A stretch of DNA of 64,000 bases, from contig CAWBOS010000006.1 in assembly GCA_963790475.1 (NCBI GenBank), positions 96,001 through 160,000 on the forward strand, written 5' to 3'. The position numbers and the translations under genes are program-made. This document shows positions 41,944 to 51,747 of this stretch, piece by piece; the stretch's first letter is position 1, and every line of letters starts with the position of its first letter. The notes under the pieces were generated by a model, which saw only the letters and a list, made by a program, of their open reading frames with translations, did no database searches and had not been told where the DNA came from. This DNA is from an uncultured delta proteobacterium. GTDB lineage: Bacteria; Desulfobacterota; RBG-13-43-22.

Positions 41944-42210
41944 CTATTCTTCTATGATATCAGCCCGAAGGGCATCATAGGACCAAACCGGGACCGGGCC
42001 TTCCTCGCCATTCGCAGGATTATACCTGTGCCGGTAGGAGGCATTGGCTTTCATGGTCTTCAATGTCCAATCCCAACCGCGGACAAAATAGGGACATTCA
42101 TCATTAAAACAAACGTATTGGAATTCTGTCCCCCAAGTCGAAACCGCAGGGGTCTTCCATTTTTTCATCTTCTGCCCGCAATGAGGGCAGATGGTTTTCT
42201 TTTCATCCAT
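41944..42210 (-). CDS. Small zinc-finger protein
   Basis: CPHC..CFNDEC. Confidence 0.8.
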   Translation of the reverse strand: MDEKKTICPHCGQKMKKWKTPAVSTWGTEFQYVCFNDECPYFVRGWDWTLKTMKANASYRHRYNPANGEEGPVPVWSYDALRADIIEE

Positions 42211-42665
42211 CTTGATAAATCCTTCAATTAATAAATTTTCTTTTTAAAACCCTGTAATCTCCAACCCTTTATTCTTCTCTTCACTGGAAGGGGAATAAAT
42301 CCTTAGTTAAAATAAGGGGCATTGATGGTTTTGTCAAGGATTGAAGACCCGTATTTACTTTAAATTTAAACAGAAAAATATATTGACATTTAATAAATTC
42401 ATTTGGTAGAAGAGTCCAAGATCATTCTATATCGATAAAACAGCTTGCTGTTTTACGTTATGTCTTGTTTTTAGTACAAAACGTACCTCGCTCCATAAGG
42501 AGGCGCAATAGGGTAGAATCGAATATTATTTTCGACCTTTCTGCCGGAGGTAAGGATGCGTATTCTTAAAAGCACGCTTTTTAGTACTACTAATAAGCTA
42601 TCCGAATTAACCTCTAACCATTTCCTAACCCAAAATAACCTAAAAATTTGAAAGGAGAAAAAGCG

Positions 42666-43964
42666 ATGAAGAAATTTACCTTTGGATGGGGCATGCTGCT
42701 TGTGGCTTGCCTGGTTGTGGTGATGTGTTTCCCCGCTTGGGGGCGAACTATTAAAATCGGTGTAATTGGACCGATGAATTTTACTCAGGGCAAAGGGCAT
42801 TGGGGCGGGGCCACCATGGCCATGGAAGAGATCAATGCCCGGGGAGGTGTTCAGGTAGGTAACGAGAAAATGAAAATTGAATTGGTCAAGGCCGATTCCA
42901 ATGAATTTTTGAATGTGACTGATGCCACCAATGCCATGGAGCGTTTGATGACCCAGGACAAAGTGGATTTTGTGGTCGGTGGTTTCAGGACCGAAGCAGT
43001 ATTGGCCATGCAGGATATTGCCATGGATCACAAAAAAATCTTTATCGGCTGCGGCGCCGCGCATCCGGAACTCTGCCTGCGGGTGGCCAAGGATTATAAT
43101 CGCTATAAATACTGGTTCCGAGGGACCCCGTTTAATTCCAATTATCTGATGGCAGTTTGCAACGCCCAGGTAGCCCAGGCTGCGGAGGTCATCAAAAAAG
43201 AATTGAAAGTCCCGGTAAAAGTCGCCATCGTGGCCGAAAAGGCTGTTTGGGTGGACCCCATGATCGCTGCCGCGGCTACCAGCATTCCTAAGATGGGCCT
43301 TGAAATAGTCGGCACCTGGCGCCCCTCTGCCGTGGCCACGGATGTTACCGCCGAACTCTCGGCCATTCAGAAAAGCGGGGCCAATTTGATCCTTACCATT
43401 TTTTCTTCGTCGGTAGGTATCACCTTTGCCCGGCAGGCGGGGGAACTCAAAATCCCGGCCATCCAGACGGGTATCAATGTGGAAGGCCAAAAAGATGGGT
43501 TCTGGGAAGCCACTAAAGGGATGGGCAACTATATAATAACCCAGAATACCTATATCAAAGGGGTTGATCAAACCACGGTGACCAAGTCTTTTATCGAGCG
43601 ATATATCAAAGAGTTCAAAGAGACCCCGACCTACACGGCCGACACCTATAGTGCTATCATTTACGGCTTGGTTCCTTCAATTACGGCGGTTGGGAGTTTG
43701 GATGCCGACAAGATCGTTGCCAATCTGGAAAACCGTGAGTATTACACCTGTGCCGGGAAAATCAAATATATGAAGGATGCTCAGGGTAAACCTCTCCATG
43801 ATCTGACCTGGGGGCCTGGGTACTACACCGGGGTTAGCGGCCAATGGCAGGACGGCAAATTTGTCGGTGTTTGGCCTAATCACTGGAAACCCTCTCCGAC
43901 TGCTCCCGAGGTTACCTACAGTGGGATGGTTCCAACTAAACTGCCCCCCTGGATGAAGAAGTAA
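42666..43964 (+). CDS. Liv-type (branched-chain amino acid family) ABC substrate-binding protein
   Basis: Signal peptide, IKIGVIGP, EEINARGG, VDFVVGG. Confidence 0.92.
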   Translation: MKKFTFGWGMLLVACLVVVMCFPAWGRTIKIGVIGPMNFTQGKGHWGGATMAMEEINARGGVQVGNEKMKIELVKADSNEFLNVTDATNAMERLMTQDKVDFVVGGFRTEAVLAMQDIAMDHKKIFIGCGAAHPELCLRVAKDYNRYKYWFRGTPFNSNYLMAVCNAQVAQAAEVIKKELKVPVKVAIVAEKAVWVDPMIAAAATSIPKMGLEIVGTWRPSAVATDVTAELSAIQKSGANLILTIFSSSVGITFARQAGELKIPAIQTGINVEGQKDGFWEATKGMGNYIITQNTYIKGVDQTTVTKSFIERYIKEFKETPTYTADTYSAIIYGLVPSITAVGSLDADKIVANLENREYYTCAGKIKYMKDAQGKPLHDLTWGPGYYTGVSGQWQDGKFVGVWPNHWKPSPTAPEVTYSGMVPTKLPPWMKK

Positions 43965-44007
43965 TCAGGAACAGAACAATAAAATTCAGGAGTCAGAATC
44001 CAGAAGA

Positions 44008-44086
44008 ACCCCCCCTCCCTCACCCTCCCCGCCTCGGCTGAGCTCGTCGCAGGCCTCAGAGGGGGGAGGGAAGCGGTGGGGGTGAA
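44008..44086. repeat. GC-rich palindromic intergenic repeat
   Basis: CCCCCTCCCTCACCCTCCCC ... GGGGGGAGGGAAGCGGTGGGGG. Confidence 0.55.
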
Positions 44087-44127
44087 TAAAATTTTTTTAT
44101 AAAAATAAAACCTTGTTTTGAGGCCTT

Positions 44128-44991
44128 ATGAATATAATAATTACCGGTCTAATCACCGGCAGTTTGTTAGCCCTGCTGGCTATCGGTTTTTCCCTGATAT
44201 TCGGGGTAGCTCGTATTGTCAATTTCGCCCACACCGCCTTTTATATGGTGGCCGCTTATTGTATCTATTCCCTGTCAATCAAACTCAGTTTTAATCCTGT
44301 CTTGTCGATGCTGGTTGCAGTGATTGCGGTCACCCTGCTCGGCTTGCTGGCCTACAAATTTCTGATCGAACCGATCCGGGAACACGAAGGGGCGGTCTTG
44401 ATTGCCACCATTGCCCTGGCTATGATTTTGCAGGAGGTCACCCTGCTGATTTTCACCGGGGATTATCTGAGCGTCAACTCTCTGATTGAGGGATACTTTA
44501 CCATTGGAGGAAACAAGGTCTTTTATCAGCAGCTGTTGAGCTTCGGCGTGGTCCTGTTGATTTTGCTCATTCTTTGGTTTCTGTTAATGAAGACCCGGTT
44601 GGGCCTGGCCATCCGTTCAACGGCCGAGGACAGGGAGGTAGCCAACCTGATGGGGATGAACGAAAGCCGGTTGGCCATGATCACCATGGGGCTGTCGGTC
44701 TGCCTGGCCGGGTTTACCGGGGCGGTGATTGTTCCTCTTACCGTCCTGAGTCCAGGTATGTGGATGGAGCCCTTGATTTTAATGATGGCTGCCATTGTCC
44801 TGGGTGGACTGGGCAGTATCAAGGGGAGTTTCTTGGCTGCTTATATCCTGGGTTTTGCCGAGGCCTTGGTGGTTTTTCTGGTCCCCACGGGGGCCTTTTT
44901 AAAAGGATCGGTCGCCTTGTCGATCATGATCCTGGTCCTGCTGATAAGGCCGGAAGGTCTTTTTGGCGTTGCTTTTGAGGAAGAGAGGTAA
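44128..44991 (+). CDS. Liv-type ABC permease (LivH-like)
   Basis: GFSLIFGV..VNFAH, TRLGLAIRS, GGLGS, RPEGLFG. Confidence 0.93.
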   Translation: MNIIITGLITGSLLALLAIGFSLIFGVARIVNFAHTAFYMVAAYCIYSLSIKLSFNPVLSMLVAVIAVTLLGLLAYKFLIEPIREHEGAVLIATIALAMILQEVTLLIFTGDYLSVNSLIEGYFTIGGNKVFYQQLLSFGVVLLILLILWFLLMKTRLGLAIRSTAEDREVANLMGMNESRLAMITMGLSVCLAGFTGAVIVPLTVLSPGMWMEPLILMMAAIVLGGLGSIKGSFLAAYILGFAEALVVFLVPTGAFLKGSVALSIMILVLLIRPEGLFGVAFEEER

Positions 44992-44997
44992 AAAGGC

Positions 44998-46038
44998 ATG
45001 GGGCTCATTGGATTTTATTTTAAAAAACTGTTCACACTCATCAAAGGGGAGGTGTTGGTCCTTCCCAGTCGAACCATTGTCGGCCTTTTCATTTTAGTCC
45101 TCCTCGTTTTGCCCTTAATAACCCAGGACCCTTATTTGATACGCATTATTGTTTTGACCAGTATTTTTGCCATCCTGGCCGCCAGTTGGGACCTCCTGTC
45201 CGGTTTCACCGGGCAGATGAACTTTGGCCACGCCTTATTTTTTGGAGTAGGGGCTTATTCCTCGGCCATACTGAACACCCAAGTTCAAATTCCTCCCTGG
45301 GGAAGTGTGCCTTTAGGGGCCATTGTTGCCGTCCTGTCCGGCCTTATTATCGGAATTCCCTGTCTCCGGTTGAAACACACCTATCTGGCCCTGACCACCA
45401 TGGCCTTTCCGATCATTTTATTAGGAATCGTTTTTGCGGTGCCTAGTTTCACCGGAGGTGAACTGGGGATATCCGGCGTTAAAAAATTTACCAACTCTCT
45501 GGTCGGCGGCTATTATCTTCATGTCATAACCATGCTGGTCTTGTGTTTCATCATGTGGAAGATAACCGACTCCAATACCGGTATTATTTTTCATGCCATC
45601 AGGGAGGATGAGCTGGCGGTAAAGGCCTCGGGTATCAACACCACCCGCTATAAACTGCTGGCCTTTTGTTTAAGCGGTTTTTTTGCCGGCATTTCCGGGG
45701 GGCTCTATGCCCACTATATGAGGATTGCCGGTCCTTCCACGCTGGAGGTCTCCATGTCTTTCACGGTGGTGATCTGGTCCATCTTCGGAGGAATAGCTAC
45801 TATCTACGGCCCCATTGCCGGGGTTTTTATCCTCTTTCCCTTATTGGAACTAGTCCACTTTTGGCCCGAGTACCGCACCTTGATATTCGCCGTGGTGGTG
45901 TTGCTGATTCTTCTGTATATGCCGGAAGGTTTGATCCCCTGGGTAAGGGACAAGATTGAAAAAGAATGCCCCCGGTGCAAAATCAGAAACGTGGCTGTCC
46001 GGAAGGAATGCCGAATTTGCACCGCGGATTTGGATTAG
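44998..46038 (+). CDS. Liv-type ABC permease (LivM-like) with C-terminal Cys pairs
   Basis: GQMNFGHALFFG, AIREDE, PEGL, CPRC..CRIC. Confidence 0.93.
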   Translation: MGLIGFYFKKLFTLIKGEVLVLPSRTIVGLFILVLLVLPLITQDPYLIRIIVLTSIFAILAASWDLLSGFTGQMNFGHALFFGVGAYSSAILNTQVQIPPWGSVPLGAIVAVLSGLIIGIPCLRLKHTYLALTTMAFPIILLGIVFAVPSFTGGELGISGVKKFTNSLVGGYYLHVITMLVLCFIMWKITDSNTGIIFHAIREDELAVKASGINTTRYKLLAFCLSGFFAGISGGLYAHYMRIAGPSTLEVSMSFTVVIWSIFGGIATIYGPIAGVFILFPLLELVHFWPEYRTLIFAVVVLLILLYMPEGLIPWVRDKIEKECPRCKIRNVAVRKECRICTADLD

Positions 46039-46099
46039 AAATATAAGTATTAAAATTTTTCGCAATTAAACAAGAACTGCGGTCTCAGAAAAGTCCTTG

Positions 46100-46341
46100 T
46101 AGCCTTCACCCCGACGGAAGCCGGGGTCCAGAGTGGGTTGCGATTTCTGGATTCCGGGTCAAGAGACTGTGTCGCAATTACTGGAAGAGCCATCAAAGGC
46201 GTCATTCCGGCGAAAGCCGGAATCCAGGAAGCTGGTACTGGTTCACGACTATCGTCGGGACGATGTCTGGACCCCGGTTTTCACCCCCGGATAAATACAT
46301 TCCGGGGCAGGCTTGGTGACGACTTTTTACGAATTCATCAG
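46100..46341. repeat. Nested palindromic MITE/BIME-like elements
   Basis: TCACCCCGACGGAAGCCGGGGTCCAG, GTCATTCCGGCGAAAGCCGGAATCCAG, CTGGACCCCGG; end CTTTTTACGAATTCATCA; related to 60236-60346. Confidence 0.7.
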
Positions 46342-46398
46342 GATTAACAGGAATTAAAAATAATTAACAGCTAAACAGATGTAAAGAAGGAAGCAATT

Positions 46399-48102
46399 AT
46401 GAACCCTAAAGAAATTTATTTTTCCAAACCCTGGCTTAAATACTACCCGAAGGGGGTGCCGGCCGAAGTCCCGGTCCAGGAGTCCTCTGTTATGGACCTG
46501 TTCGATCAGGCGGTTGAAAAATATGCAAATCGCCCTTCCCTGATCTTTTACGGCAAGAAAATCACCTACCGGGAGATCAAGGATGCGGTAGACCGTCTGG
46601 CAACTGCCTTGGCGGATTTGGGAATCAAGAAGGGAGATACGGTTGCCTTATATCTTCTGAACTGCCCTCAGTATGTCATCTCCTATTTTGCGGTGCTCAG
46701 GGTGGGGGCCAAGGTCACCCCCATCAGTCCGGTCTATACCAGTATCGAGGTCAAGCATCAGATCAAGGACAGCGAGGCCAAGATGGCCATCTGTCAGAAT
46801 ATTCTTTTTGATAACCTGGCCAAGTCCGGGGTGCAACCGGAACAGGTGATAATAACGAGTATTGAAGAATATCTTCCGACCATGAAAAAATGGTTCGGAA
46901 AGAAAACCGAGGATAAAGGCGGGAAAGCGGCCCCTTCCGTGGAATCCCTCAAAGGGGCCGGGATTTACTCCTTTCAGGAACTGCTCAAAAAGTATTCGCC
47001 CAATCCCCCCAAGGTAACTATTGATCCCCGGAAAGATCTGGCGGCATTGCCCTACACGGGAGGGACCACCGGCCTACCCAAGGCGGCTATGATAACCCAC
47101 TACAACATGGTAGCCGTCCAGGCTCAAACCCGGGCCTTCTGGCCTATCCTGGAAGACGGAAAAGAAGTGGTCATGGCCTTCCTGCCCTTTTTTCATATTT
47201 ACGGTCAGGTAGTGGTCATGCTCTCAGGACTTGTCCAGGGTTCAACCCTGGTCTTGTTTACCACCCCGGATATCGAAGATATCCTGGACGCCATGGAGCG
47301 CTATCAGGCCTCCGGCTTTTTCGGCGTCCCTACCTTGTTCGAATTACTCAAGGAATACGAGAAAACCAGCCGGGTCAATTGGAAGCGTTTGAAAATGATC
47401 GTCTGCGGGGCCGATACCTTGCATGATTCCACGGTCGAGGCCTGGGAGAAACGAACCAATACTACCATCCTGGAAGGCTATGGGATGACTGAAACTACCT
47501 CTGTGAGTCATGGTTCCCCTTACAACCGGCCCAAGAAAGGCTCTTTCGGAGTCCCCATCCCAAACGTGAAAGCAGCTATAGTCGAACATGAAGGGACGGA
47601 TTTTCTTCCCGTGGGGGAAGTGGGCGAATTGATATTAGCCGGCCCAAATATTATGCAGGGGTATTGGAAAAGGCCGGATAGCAACAAAGAGACCATGATG
47701 GAAATTGACGGGGAGACCTGGCTGCGATCCGGGGATTTGGTCAGTATGGACGAGGAAGGATATTTTCACTTCTTTGACCGCAAGAGGGACCTGATCAAAT
47801 ATAAGGGATATTCGGTCTTCGCCAGACATGTGGAGGAAGTCCTCTTTCAACATCCCCAGATCAAGGCCGCCGGAGTGGTCGGGGTGCCGGACCCTAAGGT
47901 GGGTAACCTGATTAAGGCCTATGTAGTCCTGGAAAGTGAGGCCAGAGGCAAAATTTCGGAAGAGGAAATAGTGGAATTTTGCGGTCAGAAACTGGCCCAC
48001 TATAAGGTGCCCAAGATTATTGAATTCCGGGGAGAGCTACCCAAGACCGACGTGGGAAAGGTCTCCCGGCGAGAACTAAGAGAAGAGGGTGAGGAAGTCT
48101 GA
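46399..48102 (+). CDS. Long-chain-fatty-acid-CoA ligase family protein
   Basis: YTGGTTGLPK, EGYGMTE, WLRSGD, PKTDVGK. Confidence 0.93.
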   Translation: MNPKEIYFSKPWLKYYPKGVPAEVPVQESSVMDLFDQAVEKYANRPSLIFYGKKITYREIKDAVDRLATALADLGIKKGDTVALYLLNCPQYVISYFAVLRVGAKVTPISPVYTSIEVKHQIKDSEAKMAICQNILFDNLAKSGVQPEQVIITSIEEYLPTMKKWFGKKTEDKGGKAAPSVESLKGAGIYSFQELLKKYSPNPPKVTIDPRKDLAALPYTGGTTGLPKAAMITHYNMVAVQAQTRAFWPILEDGKEVVMAFLPFFHIYGQVVVMLSGLVQGSTLVLFTTPDIEDILDAMERYQASGFFGVPTLFELLKEYEKTSRVNWKRLKMIVCGADTLHDSTVEAWEKRTNTTILEGYGMTETTSVSHGSPYNRPKKGSFGVPIPNVKAAIVEHEGTDFLPVGEVGELILAGPNIMQGYWKRPDSNKETMMEIDGETWLRSGDLVSMDEEGYFHFFDRKRDLIKYKGYSVFARHVEEVLFQHPQIKAAGVVGVPDPKVGNLIKAYVVLESEARGKISEEEIVEFCGQKLAHYKVPKIIEFRGELPKTDVGKVSRRELREEGEEV

Positions 48103-48103
48103 T

Positions 48104-48874
48104 ATGGCCGAACCATTACTGGAAGTAGAAGGATTGACCAAAAGCTTCGGGGGGCTGCGAGCGGTCAGTGACATCCGGTTTCGCATGGAACAAAAGGAGG
48201 TCATCGGTCTGATCGGACCTAATGGGGCTGGGAAAACCACCCTGTTGCGGCTGTTCACCGGAATACTCAAACCGGATTCCGGCAGTATCCGGTTTAAGGG
48301 AAAAGAACTGGTGGGCATGAAGACCTGGGATGTGGTCAACCTGGGCGTATCCTGCACCTTTCAGAATATGAGGCCCTTTCGGCGGCTGCCGATCATTGCC
48401 AATGTTATGGTCTCCTGTTTGTCCCCCCGGTCTATGAAACATGGGGAGTGGGTAAAGAGGGTGGAGGCCAAGGCCATGGATGCCCTGGAGTTCGCAGGCA
48501 TTTCCGATATGGCCCTGGAAAAGGCCTCGACCTTGTCTCAAGGCGATCTGAAACGACTGGAAGTAGCTCGGGCGGTGGCTACGGACCCGGAACTTCTCCT
48601 CCTGGATGAGCCTTTCGGGGGCCTGAGTCCGGCGGAAACCGATTTGATGGCCAAATCCATTCGTAGGCTCCACAAAGGCGGACGCTTCGGAAGGTTGCAC
48701 AGCGAAGGCCCGGCCATGATTATTGTTGAACATAAACTGCAGCAGTTAATGAAGATCGTCGATCGCATCATTGTCCTCAACTTCGGGACCCTTCTGGCTG
48801 AAGGCAAACCCGAGGATGTGGTCAACAACCCACAGGTCATTGAGGCCTATCTGGGTGGAGGAGGAGGCCAGTAA
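48104..48874 (+). CDS. Liv-type ABC ATPase (LivG-like)
   Basis: GPNGAGKTT, LLLLDEP, VIEAYLG. Confidence 0.93.
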   Translation: MAEPLLEVEGLTKSFGGLRAVSDIRFRMEQKEVIGLIGPNGAGKTTLLRLFTGILKPDSGSIRFKGKELVGMKTWDVVNLGVSCTFQNMRPFRRLPIIANVMVSCLSPRSMKHGEWVKRVEAKAMDALEFAGISDMALEKASTLSQGDLKRLEVARAVATDPELLLLDEPFGGLSPAETDLMAKSIRRLHKGGRFGRLHSEGPAMIIVEHKLQQLMKIVDRIIVLNFGTLLAEGKPEDVVNNPQVIEAYLGGGGGQ

Positions 48875-48876
48875 CC

Positions 48877-49626
48877 GTGCTCTTAGAAATCGTCCATTTA
48901 AACGTTCGCTATGAAAAGGCCGTGCTCATCAATGACTTGAGTATGGGAGTGGATACCGGGGAGCTGGTCAGCCTGGTCGGCCCCAACGGGGCCGGGAAAT
49001 CCACCACCCTTCGGGCCATCACCGGACTGGTGGCCTGGGAAAGAGAGATCAAGCGTCGTTCTACGGCTGGAGAGATCCATATAGAAGGCACGGTGAACTT
49101 CGACGGCCAGCGGATCGATAATGTCCCGGCCCATGAAATCGTCCGGCTGGGGCTTGTCCTTTGTCCGGAACGGAGAAGACCGTTCCGGGAAATGACGGTT
49201 CTTGAAAATTTGATGGCCGGCGCCTATCTGCAAAAAGACAAGAAAAAAAATCAGGAGACTTTGGGTAAGGTTTATGATTTATTCCCGGTTCTAAAGGAAA
49301 GAACAAAACAGATCTCCGGAACCCTGTCGGGCGGAGAACAGCAAATGCTGGCCATCGGCCGGGCCTTTATGTCCGATCCGAAACTTCTTTGCATCGACGA
49401 ACCTTCCACAGGTCTGGCCCCCAAGATGCGTGCCGAGGTCTTCGAAAAGATTCTCCAAATCAATAGCCTGGGGATTACCATCCTATTGGTCGAACAGGAG
49501 GTCAGCACGGTCTTTAAAATGACCAAACGCAATTATGTCCTTTCCTCAGGGAAGATCATCGCTCAGGGGACCGGCGAACAACTAATGGAAGACGAAATCA
49601 TCCGAAAAACTTATTTGGGGCTTTAA
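48877..49626 (+). CDS. Liv-type ABC ATPase (LivF-like)
   Basis: GPNGAGKST, LSGGEQQMLA, DEPSTGLAP. Confidence 0.93.
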   Translation: MLLEIVHLNVRYEKAVLINDLSMGVDTGELVSLVGPNGAGKSTTLRAITGLVAWEREIKRRSTAGEIHIEGTVNFDGQRIDNVPAHEIVRLGLVLCPERRRPFREMTVLENLMAGAYLQKDKKKNQETLGKVYDLFPVLKERTKQISGTLSGGEQQMLAIGRAFMSDPKLLCIDEPSTGLAPKMRAEVFEKILQINSLGITILLVEQEVSTVFKMTKRNYVLSSGKIIAQGTGEQLMEDEIIRKTYLGL

Positions 49627-49729
49627 GTAAAAAACGCCGATCTTAGAAACTGATTTTCATCGTTCGTGTCCCTTCATTTTAAATTCCAATTGACCGGGCA
49701 GGGGATATCTTTTATCTTTCGGCCACGAT

Positions 49730-51640
49730 ATGGTTATATCCCCAACAACCCGAATTAATTCCTCCGATCCTAAATCGCTTGCCGGGCTCTTAGCCTTATC
49801 CCTGGGCGCCTTGGGCGTCGTTTATGGAGATATCGGAACCAGCCCCCTTTACGCTGTGCGGGAGTGCTTTCATGGCAAGCATGCCATTGCCCTCAACCCA
49901 ACCAATATCCTGGGGGTCCTTTCTTTGGTTTTTTGGTCCCTCACCGTGGTGATCACTATAAAATACGTGGGTTTCATTATGAAGGCCGACAACCGCGGTG
50001 AAGGGGGTATCTTTGCCTTACTGGCATTGTTGCTGGAGACTAAGAGTCGGATGTCTCAGCGAAAGCAAACCCTGGTCATTTTAGCGGCTGTATTTGGAGC
50101 GACTCTCCTCTATGGGGACGGTATTATCACTCCGGCAATCTCAGTCTTATCCGCGGTCGAGGGACTGGAGGTGGCTACCGTAGCGGCAAAACCTATTATT
50201 GTTCCCTTAACCTGCCTCATCTTATTCGGCCTTTTTTTATTGCAAAAACACGGCACCGAGCGTATTGGCCGTCTTTTTGGTCCGATTATGGTAGTCTGGT
50301 TCGGCACGATTGCCTTGCTGGGCCTGGTTTCGGTGGCCCAGGCCCCTGTGGTTCTTAAGGCCTTGAATCCCTGGTATGCCGTCGAATTTTTCATGATCAA
50401 CCACTGGCACGGCTTTGTAGTCCTGGGTTCGGTGGTTCTATGTATCACTGGTGGCGAGGCCTTATATGCCGATATGGGCCACTTTAACCCCAAGGCTATC
50501 CGGGTTTCCTGGATGCTTCTGGTTTATCCCGCTCTGATTCTAAATTATTACGGACAGGGGGCCATACTTCTCACTTCCGCCCAAGCGGCCTTTCATCCCT
50601 TCTATGCCCTGGTCCCTCGGCTGATGCTTTACCCTCTGGTTATTTTGTCCACTATAGCCACGATTATTGCCTCCCAGGCCATGATTTCCGGGGTCTATTC
50701 CCTTAGTCAGCAAGCCATCCAGCTCGGCTATCTCCCCCGGTTACGCATTATCCATACCTCGGCTCAGACCAGGGGGCAGATCTACATGCCCGAAGTGAAT
50801 TGGATCATGATGCTGGGTTGTCTCGGTCTGGTTCTGGCCTTTCGGGAATCAAGCCGTCTGGCCGGGGCCTATGGTATTGCCGTAACCGCCACCATGGGGA
50901 TAACCTCCATTATCTATTTTTTTGTGGTCACTCGCCTTTGGAATTGGCCTCTCACCAAAGCCGTTCCCTTGGTTGGCCTTTTTCTTTTGTTTGATTTAAG
51001 TTTTTTCGGAGCCAACTTGTTTAAAATAATCGATGGCGGCTGGTTCACTCTGGGAGTGGCGACTCTTCTGATGGTATTAATGACCACTTGGAAAGAAGGC
51101 CGAAAGGTCTTGGGTCACGCCATTAGTTCTTTCAGAATGCCGGTAGACCTGTTTTTGGCCGATGTCGCTCGCAAGCATCCTTTCCGGATCTCGGGTACCG
51201 CTGTGTTTATGTCCGTGTCACCGGAGGGGATCCCCGGGGCCTTGATGCACCATTACAAACTCAATAAAGTGCTTCATCAGACCGTAGTCTTCTTATCTGT
51301 TCTGGTGGAAGAAATCCCAAGGATTAATCCTAAAGAACGTCTGAAGCTGGAAAATTTAGGGGAAGGGTTTTACCGTTTGACGGCCCGCTTTGGGTTTATG
51401 GAAACCCCCAACGTGCCGGAACTTATGCGTCAAGCCAAGCCGTTGGGATTGGAAACTGAACCCATGGACACCACTTATGTTCTCGGCCGTGAAACCCTCT
51501 TAACCACCGGAAAGTCCGGGATGAGCATCTGGCGGAAGGTCCTGTTTTCCATGATGTCCCGCAACGCCATGAATCCAACTAACTTTTTTAAGCTACCTCC
51601 CAATCAGGTTATAGAAATCGGGGCCCAAGTGGAGATTTGA
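49730..51640 (+). CDS. kup: KUP/HAK potassium transporter
   Basis: GVVYGDIGTSPLY, GEGG, ITPAISVLSAVEG, EALYADMGHF. Confidence 0.97.
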   Translation: MVISPTTRINSSDPKSLAGLLALSLGALGVVYGDIGTSPLYAVRECFHGKHAIALNPTNILGVLSLVFWSLTVVITIKYVGFIMKADNRGEGGIFALLALLLETKSRMSQRKQTLVILAAVFGATLLYGDGIITPAISVLSAVEGLEVATVAAKPIIVPLTCLILFGLFLLQKHGTERIGRLFGPIMVVWFGTIALLGLVSVAQAPVVLKALNPWYAVEFFMINHWHGFVVLGSVVLCITGGEALYADMGHFNPKAIRVSWMLLVYPALILNYYGQGAILLTSAQAAFHPFYALVPRLMLYPLVILSTIATIIASQAMISGVYSLSQQAIQLGYLPRLRIIHTSAQTRGQIYMPEVNWIMMLGCLGLVLAFRESSRLAGAYGIAVTATMGITSIIYFFVVTRLWNWPLTKAVPLVGLFLLFDLSFFGANLFKIIDGGWFTLGVATLLMVLMTTWKEGRKVLGHAISSFRMPVDLFLADVARKHPFRISGTAVFMSVSPEGIPGALMHHYKLNKVLHQTVVFLSVLVEEIPRINPKERLKLENLGEGFYRLTARFGFMETPNVPELMRQAKPLGLETEPMDTTYVLGRETLLTTGKSGMSIWRKVLFSMMSRNAMNPTNFFKLPPNQVIEIGAQVEI

Positions 51641-51680
51641 TAATTATTCGAAATGAAAGAGGGGTTCTAAAAAATTCTTG

Positions 51681-51736
51681 GTATAGGGTTACGGGACAAG
51701 GTTTTCCCTTGAACCCTATACCCTGAACCTTGACCG
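51681..51736. repeat. Heptamer-type inverted repeat between convergent genes (probable terminator)
   Basis: GTATAGGGTT ... AACCCTATAC followed by CCTGAAC/CTTGACC units. Confidence 0.65.
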
Positions 51737-51747
51737 GCATTTGTGTA

